A stretch of 64,000 nt of DNA from Okamejei kenojei (GCA_035221665.1 CM069155.1:10292001-10356000), one strand, 5' to 3'. Shown: positions 10,853 to 25,252, counted from the first letter of the stretch. Notes: a model not told the origin generated them from the letters alone. A program made the numbers and translations.

Positions 10853-12931
10853 TGCATCTCCTGCAGATCAACAAACATTTGTCTATTGGGTTCCTCGTCC
10901 TTTCTTCCAACTTCAGACAGTTTGATGTAGTCACAAGTTCTGTGCCCTGATTGATTAGAACAGATGTCAACATGAAACATGTTGCAAATTAACGAGCTCC
11001 GTAACTGTATTCATCCAGACAAAATGGAAAACGTAACATCTGATTAAATGACTGCACATTCCTTTGTTTATTGTCTAAAATGTTTTTTTCTAGCATGATT
11101 GGAAAAGTGAAGTGCACATTTTAAAAGTAACTAACATTTTCAGGAAGGAAGAATACATAATGACACTTTTGGCATGAATTAATATCTAATATCTGTTCAT
11201 GGCTGAGTCTGTCAGCTGTCTGATTTTCTAAAATGTCCTTATTTACTTGAAATGGAATACCTTCAATGATCTTTCGAGTACAATAATGCATGAATTTAAA
11301 TGCATGAATAAATTTACTTGACACATTTATAGAATAACAGAGAACACCTAAAAAAAATAAAGTCAAAGAACAAATATAAAACTACAAGCATTGTAAAATT
11401 TTATAATCTGCCTTCAATGAGAAGTAAAATTGAGCAGAGTATAAAACACGTGCTTATTTTGATCCTATCAACTTCCGAACATGTGGGTTACATTAAAATT
11501 ATTCCTATATTGTAGCAAGATAACCTTTTCATATTACAAAGTACTTTCTTGGGATTATACATGGCACGTGATATAAATCAGTAAAGCAGTGCACAGCCTA
11601 AAACAATATCATAAATTGAAATATCTATGCATACATTTATCATTTTGCACATGGGGTTTGATGGTAAATAACAATGAGCGTGATTTTAAGTTCAGACAAC
11701 TGCATTAAAAAGACTTGGTAACACAGTTTAAATTTCTCTCATACATTGAACTGAATGCATACATGGAAGAACTAAGACAATGTTCTGAGGAAGCTTTTAC
11801 TGATTAACATGTTTTTTGATGGATCAACAAAATAACCCCCTTCAGTTCGATTCAAATCAAACACCTCATCTAATGGGTTGTAGATAATACAAGGTTCAAG
11901 TAAATTTATTCATGCATGTAAATTCATGTATTATTGTACTCAAAAGATCATTGAAGGTATTCCATCTATAATTTGGACAACAAGAACATTTCATTAACTA
12001 ATGGAACAATTGTAAATGAAGTGCCAAGATAGAGAGACCCTAGATATATGCACACATTTGTTTAGGTGGCAGGACATATGGGGAGCTTATTCAAATAGTC
12101 AATAGAGGCTTTCGTTGCACAGATAGAAACAGGATTTAAAAGCATTAAAGTTTTTCAATCCTCACAAAATAACGGTAATTTATGAAGTAGCCAAAGTCTT
12201 AGAATGGGAGCAAAGGAGGTTTAATAGAAATCATTTGAGTTTGAAAAAAACTTATATTACATTGAGAAACTACAGAAAGAGTCATTCTTTTTGGAATGGA
12301 AAGAAAAGGGGAAAGTTTGAAAGAAGTGTTCAAACCCCATGACGGTTTTAATAAATAAAAAATATATATTATCAATGGCAGAAAGGTAACCGAGGGACAC
12401 ACATTGAATGTGACAAGCAAAAAAAAGAGGCTTATGTTGAATTTTGTTTTATTTAGAGACATTATTTCGACAGGAATTATTAATCCTTAGTGATGATAAA
12501 GATAAATCTGACATCTATACAATATGTATCAAGAACCAGACAGGTCACCCAGTCCCTTTCACCTGACAACTAGTTGCATAATTATAATCCCGAAGGTTTG
12601 TGTCTGCTGAGAAATCTGCACATATTTTAATTATAACTGCGAGTTATACATTGCGTGATGTGCATGATGTGAAGGGCTGGTGGTGGAAGTTTTTTTTTAT
12701 CAGCATCCAAATCTTTTGAGTTCAACTTAGCTCAATGCAACTGTTATTGCATTCCTTGACCTTCTAAATGATTATTTCTCAGGTCAATTTGCTCATTTAT
12801 TCTGGAAACCACTAAACTGCACATCGAGCTGTTGAGTTATGAACTTGTTCATTTTTTTTTTCATTTCAAATATTTGAAATCTATTTAATATTAGTATATG
12901 AATACTAATTTGTTTGAAAACATAATAAAAG

Positions 12932-13230
12932 TTGGCAAGGTGGCTCGGCGGTAGAGTTGCCAGAGACTCGGGTTCTATCCTGATACAGATGCTGTCTGAA
13001 TGGAGTTTGTACATTCTTCCCGTGACCGGCGTATGTTTTCTTTGTGTGCTCCGGTTTCTCCCACACTTCAAAGGCGTACAGGTTTGTAGGCTAATTTGCT
13101 TCGTTAAAATTGTAAATTGTTCCTGGTGAGAGCAGGATAGTGTCAATGTGCGGGGTTGGCTGGTCGGTGTGGACTGTGGACCGAAAGGCTGTTTCTGCAC
13201 TCTATCTCTAAACTAAACTATACCAAACTA
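12932..13230 (+). mobile_element. HE1-like V-SINE
   Basis: tRNA head, V core, ctaaactaaac tail. Confidence 0.85.
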
Positions 13231-14828
13231 TTGTTTCTGAAGATTGGTGATATTAGCTCAAATCATTATTCCAAATGCTGTTGATTCTCTAACAGTTTTC
13301 GCTTTGTTCAAATGACACACCAAAATGTGCCTGAAGAACTAAAAATAAAAACTTATCCTTTCTGCTGCCAAAGTTTCTTCATGTGTAATTGCATAGATTC
13401 TCTCTTGGGTAGCAATCAACAATTCTAGCTTAAATTGTGCCCAAAATTGCATCTATTAATAATGTTTTATCCCAAATTGCCACTCAAAAGCATCTTGTTG
13501 AACGCAAAGTCTGCTTTTAACCAGCTTAATCAAGAAGTAAGTCCAGGCCGTAAGCTGTGTGTAAATGATGAGTGAAATATACTGAAATATTTGGGGGAAA
13601 TGAAACATGTATACCATACAATGCATACAATATTTCTTAAACTCATCAACTTAAAAGGGCAAAGATAAACATATTTTGTTTCTTGAGTAGTTTTCCATTG
13701 ATTGATTGGAACCTGAATATTTGAAATTTATATCATTGGAGTGTTGGTTATACATATTACATCTCATCTTTCACTATAAAGAGTTTTTTGAAACATGCCA
13801 AATTGATGTCAGCCAGAACCAGGAAACGAACAAGTGATCCATGAAAAATCTGACTAGAGAAAAGCCCATCTGCTCCATATATTTATATCCTTAGTCCCAC
13901 AGAGACTCTTGGAACATTATTGTGATCTGTTTTCAGTCCTACTGCCAAACATTACTTTGTATTCATACAGAATGCTTCAACATCGAGCTTTGGAGAAAAC
14001 ATCAGAATGTCAAGTCAGGGAAGTATCTTGGCAATCTAATTAATATTGACATTAATGTTTAAGTATTTTGTTCCATTAAACTGCTGGAGCAAGAATTTCA
14101 ATTTTACCTACTCCCAAAAGGCTGCACTGAGTTAGTTCTAGTTTGGAAATTTTCACCATTATATTAAGCTTAAAATCAAGTTTTAGATTTTTTTATTCAA
14201 AAATTAAACTGTACACATGTGAATTTTTAAGATATATTTGTCAACTTAAAGTGTGTCATACCAGGGGTTCACAGATAGGCAATAAATTAATTACTTTAAA
14301 TAGTATGAATTTCAAGATTAATTCTAAATAAGTTATTACTACAACCTACTAATATAATATACTGTACACATGCAGTAGTAAACAGAAAAGACCCCACAAA
14401 GTTTGTCAGATTTAAATCATAATGAAAGGTATCATTGCCCCACAATAGGATACAGATCCATTAATTTACTTTCTGCATGGACTTCATATACAACTCAGTC
14501 TGTGGAATTAACATCTCATGACTTCGGTATCAATCTGATTTATGCATCACTTGAACAATTAAAACAGTTATGAAAGCTCCCGTGTCAATGAAGTAGTTGT
14601 AGATCTGAAACATTAACTCTCCACAGATGTTGCCTGACCTGCTGAGTATTTCCAACTTTTTCTGGGGTTTTTTTTACTTCAGATTTCTAGGAAGCGCAGT
14701 TTTTTTCTTGTTTAGCTAGCTGCAAGAACATTTATTTATCAGGTTCTGGGGTAGCATTTTATTTTAAAACATTGTTTTAGGAATGTGGACATTACCTGAA
14801 GACTAATATTTATTGCCACTCTCTAAGT

Positions 14829-15195
14829 CATCATCATTAACATCATCGTTAAAAACATTAGCGGTTTCCGACAGGAGCGATGACGGACGCACCACGCATC
14901 TCTGTCCTCCAGTTTCTGCGGACCTTCCGCCGCTGGATGTATAGGATTTTGGTGTGTGTGCGTTATCACCATGCATTACAATGCTGTGTACGACAGTAAT
15001 CGCAACTTCTACTGAAGTGTGGATGGCCGTTGGCTCGCTAGAAGCTCATCTGCCCTTTGACAGGTCTTGTTTTTGGTCCTGCTGGGGGTCCACAAACCAG
15101 GTGGGGAAGACGGTTTAGTCGCCGACTATCCGACCACAGAGCACGTAGCACAGGATTACATGGTACCCGTGGCTGGGGGGACCCCCCCCCCCCCT
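14829..15195 (-). mobile_element. short CpG-retaining retroposon, probably RTE-derived
   Basis: (GAT)n-like tail on the minus strand at 14829-14848; GC-rich body unlike its flanks; appears inserted in an older LINE fragment. Confidence 0.45.
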
Positions 15196-15689
15196 GACCT
15201 GCTCAAAATGGTTAGGTTTGGGATCATTGATGAGTGAACAGCAATGCAGTTCCAAAGCTTGTTGGTGGGTAACTTGCAGCCAAGTTTGGAAGTTCTGTTG
15301 GACACATGTACCCATTGCTTTACTACTTCTGGGTGCTTGAAGCCCTGCGTTTTAGAAATGTTGTGAAACCTTTGGCACGTTGCTGCAATGCACCATGCCT
15401 CCCATGGTATAATAATTGGGCAGGACATACTCATTAAGGAGATAAGCAGGTTGCCAAACATACGGGATGCTCAGAACTGGACGCATTAACTTCTTAAATA
15501 ACAATAGTTGCAATCATACAGGTATTCCACAACTTTCCATACTTCTGCTCCATAGCTACAAACAATTTGGGAAGTCAAGTGGCAAAAACCTCACCTCAAA
15601 ATATTTTACTTCAGACTTAACCTTAGGGCCAAAAAAATTGATTTGGTTAATTGATATCGACTCCCCAAATATTGACAATGAAATGTCGA

Positions 15690-15965
15690 AGACAGGAAGG
15701 CATAACTTTAAGGTAAAAGGTTCAAAGTTTAAAGGAGATATGCAGGACAATTATTTTAATACAGAGAGTGGAGGATTCCTGAAACATGCTGCATTTGTTG
15801 GTGGTGCAGGCATGATAGTGACGTGTTTGAGACTTTTAGATAAGACACATGGAATGGATGGATATTGATCATGTGGAGGCAGTAAAGATTAGTTTATCTT
15901 GGCATCGTGTTCAGCACAGATATTGTGGACCATAAGGCCTGTTCCTGTGCTGTACTTTTCTATAC
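15690..15965 (+). mobile_element. CR1-clade LINE 3' end
   Basis: RHNFKVKGSKFKGDM...FNTE C-terminal remnant and a 3' tail (ggcctgttcctgtgctgtac) shared with the SINEs. Confidence 0.75.
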
Positions 15966-16349
15966 TATAATAGGGAACTTAGCAATATTAATTGTCATGG
16001 GTAGGTGGATAGATTTCTCCTTATTATTGGTGGCCCTTTCCTGGCATATGTGCCAGTTATCAGTGCACTGCTTCATTACTTGCTCAGATACAGAGACATG
16101 CAAGCACTGTGTAATCACCTTGAAATATGCTTCTGCCTACATTGCGGACGTACGTTCTTTGATGAAGTAAATGAAAATCTTGGTTCCAGGACTCTGTTCC
16201 AAAGATCTCCTGCAGCTTCATCCTGGGATTGAAGTAACTTGCCGACAAGCGCAGCAACATCATTTCGCAAATTAATATTCCCATCAGTAAAGTGTTTTCC
16301 TCTTGATTTCTATTGACATTAATCTTGTGAGGATTCCATGGTGCTACAC

Positions 16350-16590
16350 TCGCACATAAACGCACACACACACATACGTACACACACACACACACACACA
16401 CATACACACACACACATACGTACACACACGCACACGGGCACATCCTCCCACACACACAAACACGCATACACTCTCTCACACACACGTGCCACATACATGC
16501 ACACCCATGTGCACGTATGTTTGCGCGCGCGTGAGTGTGCATGAGAGCATATCTGTATACACACACACACATGCACACACGCACACACCA
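16350..16590. repeat. imperfect (CA)n microsatellite
   Basis: Direct reading. Confidence 0.95.
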
Positions 16591-16624
16591 GGATAATTTC
16601 CTTCAAACCTTTCGCTTTATAGTC

Positions 16625-16940
16625 TCCTGCACTGAGGTACAGGTAAAAGTATTGTTTTGCATGCAATCCAAACAGCTCAGATATACCATATAGATACAGT
16701 GTAAAAACTCAAGTAGAATAGAGCAAAGGAGAATTGGGGATGTTCTTTAATGTTTAGGTTTTTTTTACTGTCATGTGTACAAAGGTACAGTGATAAGCTA
16801 TGTTTTGCATGCTATCTAATCATATCAGATAATACTATACATAAATACAATTGTCAAACTCAAGTACAATAGATAAAGTGGAAGATACAGAATGCAGAAT
16901 TTGGTTCTCAGCACTGCAATACACCAGTTCCATACATCAT
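16625..16940 (-). mobile_element. two adjacent LINE 3'-end fragments (Rex1/Babar-like)
   Basis: Duplicated aggtacag...tgttttgcatgc...cagata...aaactcaagta.aataga block. Confidence 0.45.
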
Positions 16941-17332
16941 GTCAGTTAGAATATGTAATCCTGACAATATGTTAGGAGTGTTGGCCTGCAAAATTTCTAC
17001 ATAATTAGGAAGCATTTTGATACACTGTTTGTTCAGTCCATTACAAGGAGATGACAGAATTCTGGACATGTGCACATGCAAACGTATCAGTCAAAAAGCA
17101 GATGCTACAAATCTGGAACCAAAACAATTCAGAAGTGGTCCCTTCATCAAAACTGGAACTGATTTTCTAGAGAAGGATCCACTCCCAAGATGTTAACTGA
17201 TCCTTTCTTGTCTAACTCACTCAGTGCTTCCGAAGTTTCTGACTTTGGTTCAAGTCTTCTACAATATCCATTATTTTGGGAAAGAAAACTTGCAACAACG
17301 TCAATTCTTTCCAATCAGTGCCAAAAATAATA

Positions 17333-17538
17333 TGTAACAGGGAACTGCAGATGCTGGTTTAAACCGAGGAGAGATACAAAAAGCTGGAGTAACTCAGTGG
17401 GTCAGACATCTCTGGAGAAAAGGAATAGGTGGTGTTTTGGGTCTGAAGAAGGGTCTCGACCCGAAACGTCACCTATTCCTTTTCTCCAGAGATGCTGTCT
17501 GACCCATTGAGTTATTCCTGCATCCTGTGTCTATCTTC
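17333..17538. mobile_element. Penelope-like inverted pLTR pair
   Basis: Antisense arm 17333-17443, sense arm 17443-17538; flanking repeat AAAAATAATATG / AAAAATAAAATG. Confidence 0.75.
17438..17475 (+). ncRNA. minimal type-I hammerhead ribozyme motif
   Basis: TGGGT-CTGAAGA-A-GGGT(CTCG)ACCC-GAAACGTC-ACCTA: stem I 5 bp, intact core, palindromic ACGT in place of stem III. Confidence 0.7.
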
Positions 17539-17820
17539 AAAAAATAAAATGATTACCTGTACTAATATTTTTGGTGAAGTTGAAATCAAGCAGATTTAAC
17601 AGGCGTCAGTCATTCTACTTTTAAGGATAAGGCCTGGTTAAGAGAAAAGACTACACCTACAATACGCAACAATATTTTTTCGCAAGTGAATCCGAAGCTG
17701 GATTATATTTGGAATAAACAGTATAATAAAGAAGGCTCTAATTATTTAAGAAGTACTTCCTTCTTATTCAAACAACGCTATTTATCTGTATTTTCGTGAA
17801 CTCAAGAAAGTGAACACATT

Positions 17821-17949
17821 TGTAGGAAGGAACTGCAGATGCTGGTTTACACCGAAAGACACCAAATTCTGGAGTAACTCAGCGGGACAGGCAGCATCTC
17901 TGGAGAAAAGGAATAGGTGCCGTTTCGTGTTGAGATCCTTCTTCAGACT
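17821..17949 (-). mobile_element. Penelope-like pLTR fragment with 3' tail
   Basis: tgtaggaaggaactgcagatgctgg...ccttcttcagac. Confidence 0.72.
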
Positions 17950-18717
17950 ACATGGTGTACATCATTAATTCTGCTTACATCATTAATTCTGTTTCTGCCT
18001 GCATACATGTGGCCAGAGTAGCTGACTGTTTCTATTTTTTTTTAATTTATGACTATCAGCATTCACACAATTTTATTTTTGATATTATAATTTTGTGGGT
18101 TACCTGCGGTACCTCAGATTTGAGAGAAAACTATGTTTGTTACACGTGAATGTGAATGCAAAGTTAGTGTCATAAATAATGCACTGTGGGTTCAGAACTG
18201 AACACAAACCTCAACAAAGGTTCACCATGTTCCTGTCACATAGAGAATCAATGACATTTGTTAGGTTCTCTATCATATTGTATATAAATTACCACTTAAC
18301 ATTTATTTCTGATGCAAGACCATTCTACAGATGATTCATTGCATTTAGAGATAATTAGTAATAACATACATTGACAATTTCAATGGTTTCTTTGCTCCTG
18401 GTATCTTTTCAATGCTAGTACTTTAGGTGCCATTCTTATTATGAAAATAATGCCGGCAAACATACAGAAAATGCAAAGTGCAAAATAACTTACACTCCTC
18501 AAACCGTTGACCTTCCAAAGAGATTGTGACCCAGAAATCATGACTTTGATTTTTGTTTAATGCAAAGCATTTGGGAATGAGTAGTGTTAGCATAGTAGTT
18601 AAGTTAAAGGATTATCCATCCTAACGCCTGTACTATTGATCCAGATGCAAGTGTTTGAATCCCACCAAGGCCTTGGGGAATTTATTAAATATATCTAAAT
18701 TAAAAACACAACCTTAG

Positions 18718-18960
18718 TAAACATAGAAATAACATAGAGAATAGCTGCAGGAGTAGGCCGTTCGGCCCATCAAGCAGTACCGCCATTCAATATGATCATG
18801 GTTGATCATTCTCCAGTTTAACTTCCATTTGGAATATTTTGGAGGACCAAGAAACCAAGAAACCAATCCAATATCAGTACCCCGTTCCTGCTTTCTCACC
18901 ATATCCCTTGATTCTATTAGCCCTAAGAGCTCCATCTAACTCTCTCTTGAATACATACTT
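18718..18960 (-). mobile_element. CR1-clade LINE 3' end
   Basis: aacataga tail, gcaggagtaggccgttcggcc, atgatcatggttgatc; same family as 25253-25407. Confidence 0.75.
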
Positions 18961-20177
18961 GAAAACTTTTAATTGTATGACTGACCTGGCCAGTGAAATT
19001 CCTCGTATGTTACAAAACATACTTGGCAAATAAAATCTGATTCTGATTCCGATTCCAAAACATAACTAGGAAAGTGCTAGATTGTTGAGCAAACCCATTA
19101 GGTTAATCAAGACACCTTCGGGGAGAGGAAAGCAACTGTTATTCCATCGACAAAACCATTTATTGAATGTTGCCCCCTTCATAAAGATAACAGATTAATG
19201 TCAAAACAGGACACCACTAAGGTAGGAGGTATATGAGGTATGGCTTGTAACAACGGTAAAAGTGAAACTTGCACACAAGCTCAAAAATATTTGTACAGCA
19301 GGGCATTTACAGAAACATTAACTTGTTTTTAAATCTTCTTTAAAACAACAAGGTGAAGAAGATAAATGAATTAACAATTTGTTTGCTAATAACATTTGTT
19401 ACTTGAATACTTTTGATGATGCCTTTGGTGTTTCTTTAGGTTGATTTATAATCTTCATAAGAAAGCCAGGTTCTGGTATTAATTTTGTTCTTTTTATTTA
19501 TATTTGTACTCTCCGTGTGTGAAGCTTTGGAAGAACGCCTTCTGTAAACCAGAAGCCAATCACATTATGTCACGAAGCATTCATGAAACATGATACTTAA
19601 AAGGAAGAACACACAAATTTCTAAAGACATAAAGTGAAAAGTATAAGGATTTGTTTGCATTCAGAGATTATGGTATTAACTGTGGTCACTTATAAGCATA
19701 TACCACTCAATGTGTGCATGAATTTTAATTTCTGCTCTATATTTTGATGCATTTACTATCTGTAGGAAAGTTCAAGGGAAATAGTACATGCAGGAATTTG
19801 GGAATTTAGGTATGCATATAATACATATGAAATTACAGAAGTCATTCATTCTGTGGCAATAACATGATGTATCTTCTTTAAAGAAGGAATGCTCGAAGAG
19901 GCAGATATTTAAAATTTACTTTTTGGACTGTTTCAATGAAAGATTCTATTTGACTTCATGAGCTGAGTTTCAAGTGATGTGATACTAATTAAACTTTTTC
20001 CCTTTTTTATTTAATCCTTATCATTCAAACATCTCTATTGTAAAATGCAATGGACCCTTTTAGTATTCCCAATAGCAGACCCATTAAAAAAAAATGCTTC
20101 ACCTTTCAAAGATTCTGGTGCCTATTACGGCAGAGTGCACACCCCATGACCGAAGCAAAAATAAGCCACTTGTGCTA

Positions 20178-20512
20178 ATTCTACGTGACACACTGGTCAA
20201 CCTAAGGAGTACCTTCAGCAACAGACTGGTTCCACCAAGGTGCTGGACAGAGCGCCACAGGAGATCCTTCTTCCCTGTGGCTATCAAACTTTACAAATCC
20301 TCCATCTTCTGTCATGGAGACTGAGACTGAGACTTATTGAACCCCCCCCCCCTCCTCCCACACCCCAAATATTTGCACAACCCCCAAGACTTTCAACTCG
20401 TCACTTTAATTTCATCAATTGTATTTTGTGTCTTGTGTATTTTGTGTTTTTATGAATGTTGGCGGATCAATATCCCTCCTGGGATAAATAAAGTTCTATC
20501 ATATAGTATCAT
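20178..20512 (+). mobile_element. Rex1/Babar LINE 3' end
   Basis: LRSTFSNRLVPPRCWTERHRRSFFPVAIKLY; terminal cctgggataaataaagtt plus short-repeat tail. Confidence 0.8.
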
Positions 20513-21407
20513 AATTCATATGACACGTGACACTTTTTTATTTTGAGGGTGACAGATCTTTGACAGGATAACATAAAATTATCATGGTGACGTAGAAGGA
20601 ATTATGTTGTTTAAATCTGGGCATGTATACTTAAGCTTCCCATTTTTCCCATATGTTGTTCACACTAATCCATGCTGGGGACTACTGTGATGGACATGTA
20701 TGTTGTAAATTTATATAAGTCCGCATTAAAAATTCCTGTTATTCCAATTGAATTTGAAAGTACAATGAAAAATAGGAACAAAGAAAATTCTTTACCTTTA
20801 TGTAATACATGTATAATTATATCTTGATAATAAATATAAACTTGCAAACTCTGGCTTGACAGGTAGAATAGTGCTTCATGTTTTCAATTTATCTTTAAAG
20901 GGATTGGGCATGCTGGTGCGCAATACTTAAATCCTACTTTCTATTTTTCTTGCTCTTACTCTTTGTTTGTTCATGCTTCTCCATGTGTTTTCTGCCTGTT
21001 ATTTCCACATTCCTGATCATCATTTTATTGTCTGTTTCTGCAAAACAAGGGATTTGATCCTTTGGAACAAGTATGAAATTATATGACTTTGATCTGGTGA
21101 AGAAGTCACAATGGCAGTGGTCACGTTTTACCGTGAGGTTCTTTTTGGAGCCAAAGCTTCGCATAAATCTAGAGGTGGTGCATTAAACCCAGTCTAAACC
21201 TGAGCTGTTTTCTGCAGGATTTACTGGAGGATCAAGTAAAACATCCCTGAAGCTCTTCTGTGTGAAACTAATGTCCTGCAGCATTAGCTGCTGGTCTATG
21301 TGTGTATATATCACTGCACCCAATACTTCAGTCCCGGGCATCTTTCGATCACTTGTCAGACCGCATGGTATTTTATCTGTTCGTTGCTTCTTACAGTATT
21401 CATTTGA

Positions 21408-21530
21408 AGGTCTGAAAAAGGTTCTTGACCCAAAACGTCACCTATTCCTTTTCTCCAGAGATGCTGTCTGAGTCCAGATTTTTGTGTCTCTCTTCGGTTT
21501 AAACCAGCATCTGCAGTTCCTTTCCCACAC
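21408..21530 (+). mobile_element. Penelope-like pLTR fragment with 3' tail
   Basis: ggtctgaaaaaggttcttgacccaaaacgtcacctattcc...gcatctgcagttcctttcccacac. Confidence 0.7.
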
Positions 21531-21654
21531 AGCATTAATTTCTGTTTCTACTTTCCATTTATCAGATGTGTTGAAATATCTTAATTGTTTCCCAAGAGCA
21601 CTAAATGTTGCCACCCATTTAAGAAGAATCCCTAGAGAACACTGATATGCAACC

Positions 21655-21842
21655 TTTTTCAGGTCGGGACCCTTGTTCTGTCTGATTGTAATGGGGGTGT
21701 ATACCACAATCAGTCTGAAGAAGAGCCCAATCCTAGACATCAGTTATTCATTTTCTCCAGAGATGCTGCCTGTCTGATTGAGTTAATCCAGCACTTTGTG
21801 TCTTTTATTTTGCAAACCAGCATCTGCAGTTGCTTGTGCCTA
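21655..21842 (+). mobile_element. Penelope-like pLTR fragment, older copy with short inverted arm
   Basis: ctgattgt...acaatcagtctgaagaag...gagatgctgcc...gcatctgcagtt. Confidence 0.6.
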
Positions 21843-24800
21843 CCAGATGATCACCATCCTTCTTCTTGTGTGCAGACTGGCAGCACAAAATTACTACTAC
21901 TGTGATTTCTTGATGGCAAAATAAATATTTTACTGTAAAAGGGAATATTGTCTGTCAAAAAAATAGTATTCAATTAATGTTTAAGGATCAAACAAAAAGG
22001 AAATTGATTTTTTTTTCTGAACTGAGAAAGTAATGATGTGCCGCTGGATTATATGAGCTAATACACATCATTAGAAAATAAGATTTGTTTTATTTGCCTT
22101 AGGAAAATAAATAAAATCAATCTTACATTGCATATTAGTTATTAGCTGAACTATGTTGAGAGATGGTAAGTTTTGCCTTAACTGCTCAGGACACCATCAT
22201 TTATCTTGTTTTGCTAGATTATATTACCTGGCTCGTAGTATTCATCATCTAACAGGGGCTCAAATGTTCAGAAGGTTGCCCTTGATTTTAAGGGGTTGGA
22301 AATTTCAACTTTGCTTCATATTCTGCAGCTTTGTAGCTGGAACAAAAATAGCATAATCAACTTGGGAAAGCATAACGTTACTTTAATGTACATTTCCTGT
22401 AATTATGATTTTCGTTTTTAATTATTCACATCAGCAAATAAATACGCAGGATTTCTCCCCTAAACGTCATTATTTAAAAAGTCACATTTTTTATTGTGAA
22501 CGGTGTGCTGGCAGTTCATCCCTGGTAAGTGACTTAAGATAGGGGGTGCAAATTACAAGTAGGCTGCATGTTGTAGAGTAAGAATGTAATGTTTATGTTT
22601 TATTTTGGAAACATCATGCTTGTGTATTTACTTAATCAAAAAGTTTTGATTAAACCAACTCTTATCCAGGCATGTGGTATCATGTGCTATTACTTCTGAT
22701 AAAAGAGTACTGTTCATGATTCCTTTATGAGGTTGGTGAATTGTTAAGTGGCTCTGGGCTTAAAGGTTATCATATCAAACATATATACACACCAACCTAT
22801 ATTTGAACTATCGACAGAGAGAGAAGTGTATGCATATAATTATGGATTTGACGTGTGTGTTCATTATTCTTGTAACTTATATAATAGTGAAAATGCATAT
22901 GCGCGGTCCCATTGATTGTACAGCCCCGAGTAGTCCGGTGATTTGTTACAACTGATATATTTGGAATGGCCACGAAATCTTAGGCTTGATGTCCAATTGT
23001 CCGGGTCGGATAGTTGCCTTTAAGTTCTACAATGTTGCTGAAAATAACCTGCCATATAAAAACGATCTACCAAAAAAGCGGTGTTATGAATGTATAAAAC
23101 ATATAGTGACAAGGGCCATAGACTTAGCCATGCGGGTTTGAACAGCATTATGCGGTGCCAAAGAGATGTTACCTCGGGAAAAATTCGAAAAGCAAAAAAA
23201 AAAATTCTTGTCACTGCCCTTGGAAAAGGAGGATTTATGGTCCGCTCGGCACATACTTGGAGAACTTGACTGAGAACGCACAGTCTATGTCTCAGCTAAA
23301 TTGGGTTACGGTATCTCATTAACAGTTTCGCATCGGTTACCAAAAGCCATGAAGGATAGGTCATGTTGCTTCTGGTATTTGCCCATTAGCAATGCTGGCA
23401 CCTGAAACTAGACAGATATGTGAAAATGACTATAAATGATTTGCAGACCAGGCGTTCTGCAGAAGCCCAAATTAATAAATACAGGTCGTGCCAGAGGAAG
23501 GAGGTGCAAGAAGCCGTGGTCGGTCACTTGGCAGGGTGCGTGGTGGGTTTGGAAGAATGGAGTAAGATAGATGCAGAGGGATTTAGTGATGAATTCTTAA
23601 ACGTGGAAACTCACGTGACTAAAACCAAGCCAGCCCTTCCAACGAAAGTGTAGTCCGAGCAAGGAGACATTATAGCTTGTGGGTTAGTGCACTAGTAAAG
23701 TTCATACACACTGGCAGGCAAGAGTCAGTAAAGTAAGGTGATTCATTCATGAAATATACACCGGCGCAAAGAGCCTTGTTTTGCTTCCCATTGATTCTGT
23801 ACAGCTGGTTATTTTCCACCGTGTACCTTTGAGCTCAGTCTTAACATTTATTTTTTTTGCCAAGATCGCCACACTTGTTCATGGGATTATCACTTTTAAC
23901 ACAATGTTAGATCAGCAGAATAAAAAGCAGAGTGTTGTTTTAAAACACCCGCATATCTGAACCTGCAAACGGGCTGGACACTTATTAAAGATGTGGAGCT
24001 TCTGATGACTATTCTGTTTATTACATACCTGGACTCGAACATGTTTGTTACCTTCGGTGCAATCTTGTGACTACCTCCATCCAGCCTTGGGGCCGGGCCG
24101 GGGCGGGGGAGGGGAGGGGGTTGGTTCAGTTTGAATGACCTTTGTGAGAGTTTATTGATGACACTTAAATCAGCTCGAAAACGTCTGCATTTTTTAACTG
24201 TCAGGGCCGGGTACAGATATGGTTGCGATCAAAGGCTACGCTACGGCGTGTAAATTTATAGCAGTCCAGGCGAACAATACTAAACATTATCCCGAGGAAA
24301 TATATGTCCCAGAAAGAAACGACGCGTCGGAAGCTATTTCTGTTTGAAGAATATTATTTTTTTTTAATCGAATTACAACCTTCCCTCCCCCCTATAAGAA
24401 AATGGGTGGAAAAAGCTTTCAGCGTTAACGAAGAATGGTATTAGACGCAAATTAAAATTTCCGCCTGCGCCAGGACCAGTTTCACGAATCGGAAGAAACG
24501 TCTTTCAATTTAATTATCAGAAATCGGGGACGTGAATCCTTACGGTAGATTAAAGAGGCTTGGATGTTGCCTGATAAATTCGGTGGAAGGTGGTTTATGG
24601 GCAGAAGCGATCCGCTCGACTGTCCAAGTCGCTCTCTGCTGCGGTGCAAAGTACCATTTGCATGAGCAGGGGTTATCAATTAAATGTGCAGAACCGCATT
24701 TCATTTTCTACTGTAGCCCGATACTCGATGTGACTTGTTCATCGTCAGAGGGCAAAACTTTTGTTTTGTTTGTTTTAACTACATTATCAGCCCAGCTATC

Positions 24801-25252
24801 AGCGTTGGTTTTAAAATACTCGTAGATGAGTGTAAAATAAAATCTCTTCTAATCATCGACGCGGCAAGTCCAATTTATCTCAGCGCCCCGGTTGAAGTGA
24901 TTATTTTGCAAATAGAAAGTGTGTTTTTTTGTGCGTTTTATTCCTGATTCTGGGTCCAGGGATTGCTGGAAGAGCAAACAGCTTGCAGATATCGGAAGCA
25001 GAGTGCGGGATATATAATTTCAAATCGCACACGATGAATCTAGCAAGCCAATAACCGGACTTAGCAAGTTGCAGAAGGTCGTCCATTGGGTAATAGGTTC
25101 AGAAGAATAATGCCTTTAACAACCCATTAATGTCCCTTCACTCATGTAAACTGCGACTCAACTGAAATAATTACAATCATTCTCTCTTTCAGATACCGGC
25201 CGACTTGCTGTAAAATTAAGACTGCGTTCCATCCCATTCATTTAATTCCACT

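Noticed and set aside
1290-13230. tRNA-like A/B boxes as tRNA genes
   Set aside because: Each is the head of a SINE, followed by the V core and LINE-type tail.
16084-16666. VC/TH-rich ORFs
   Set aside because: Translations of a (CA)n microsatellite.
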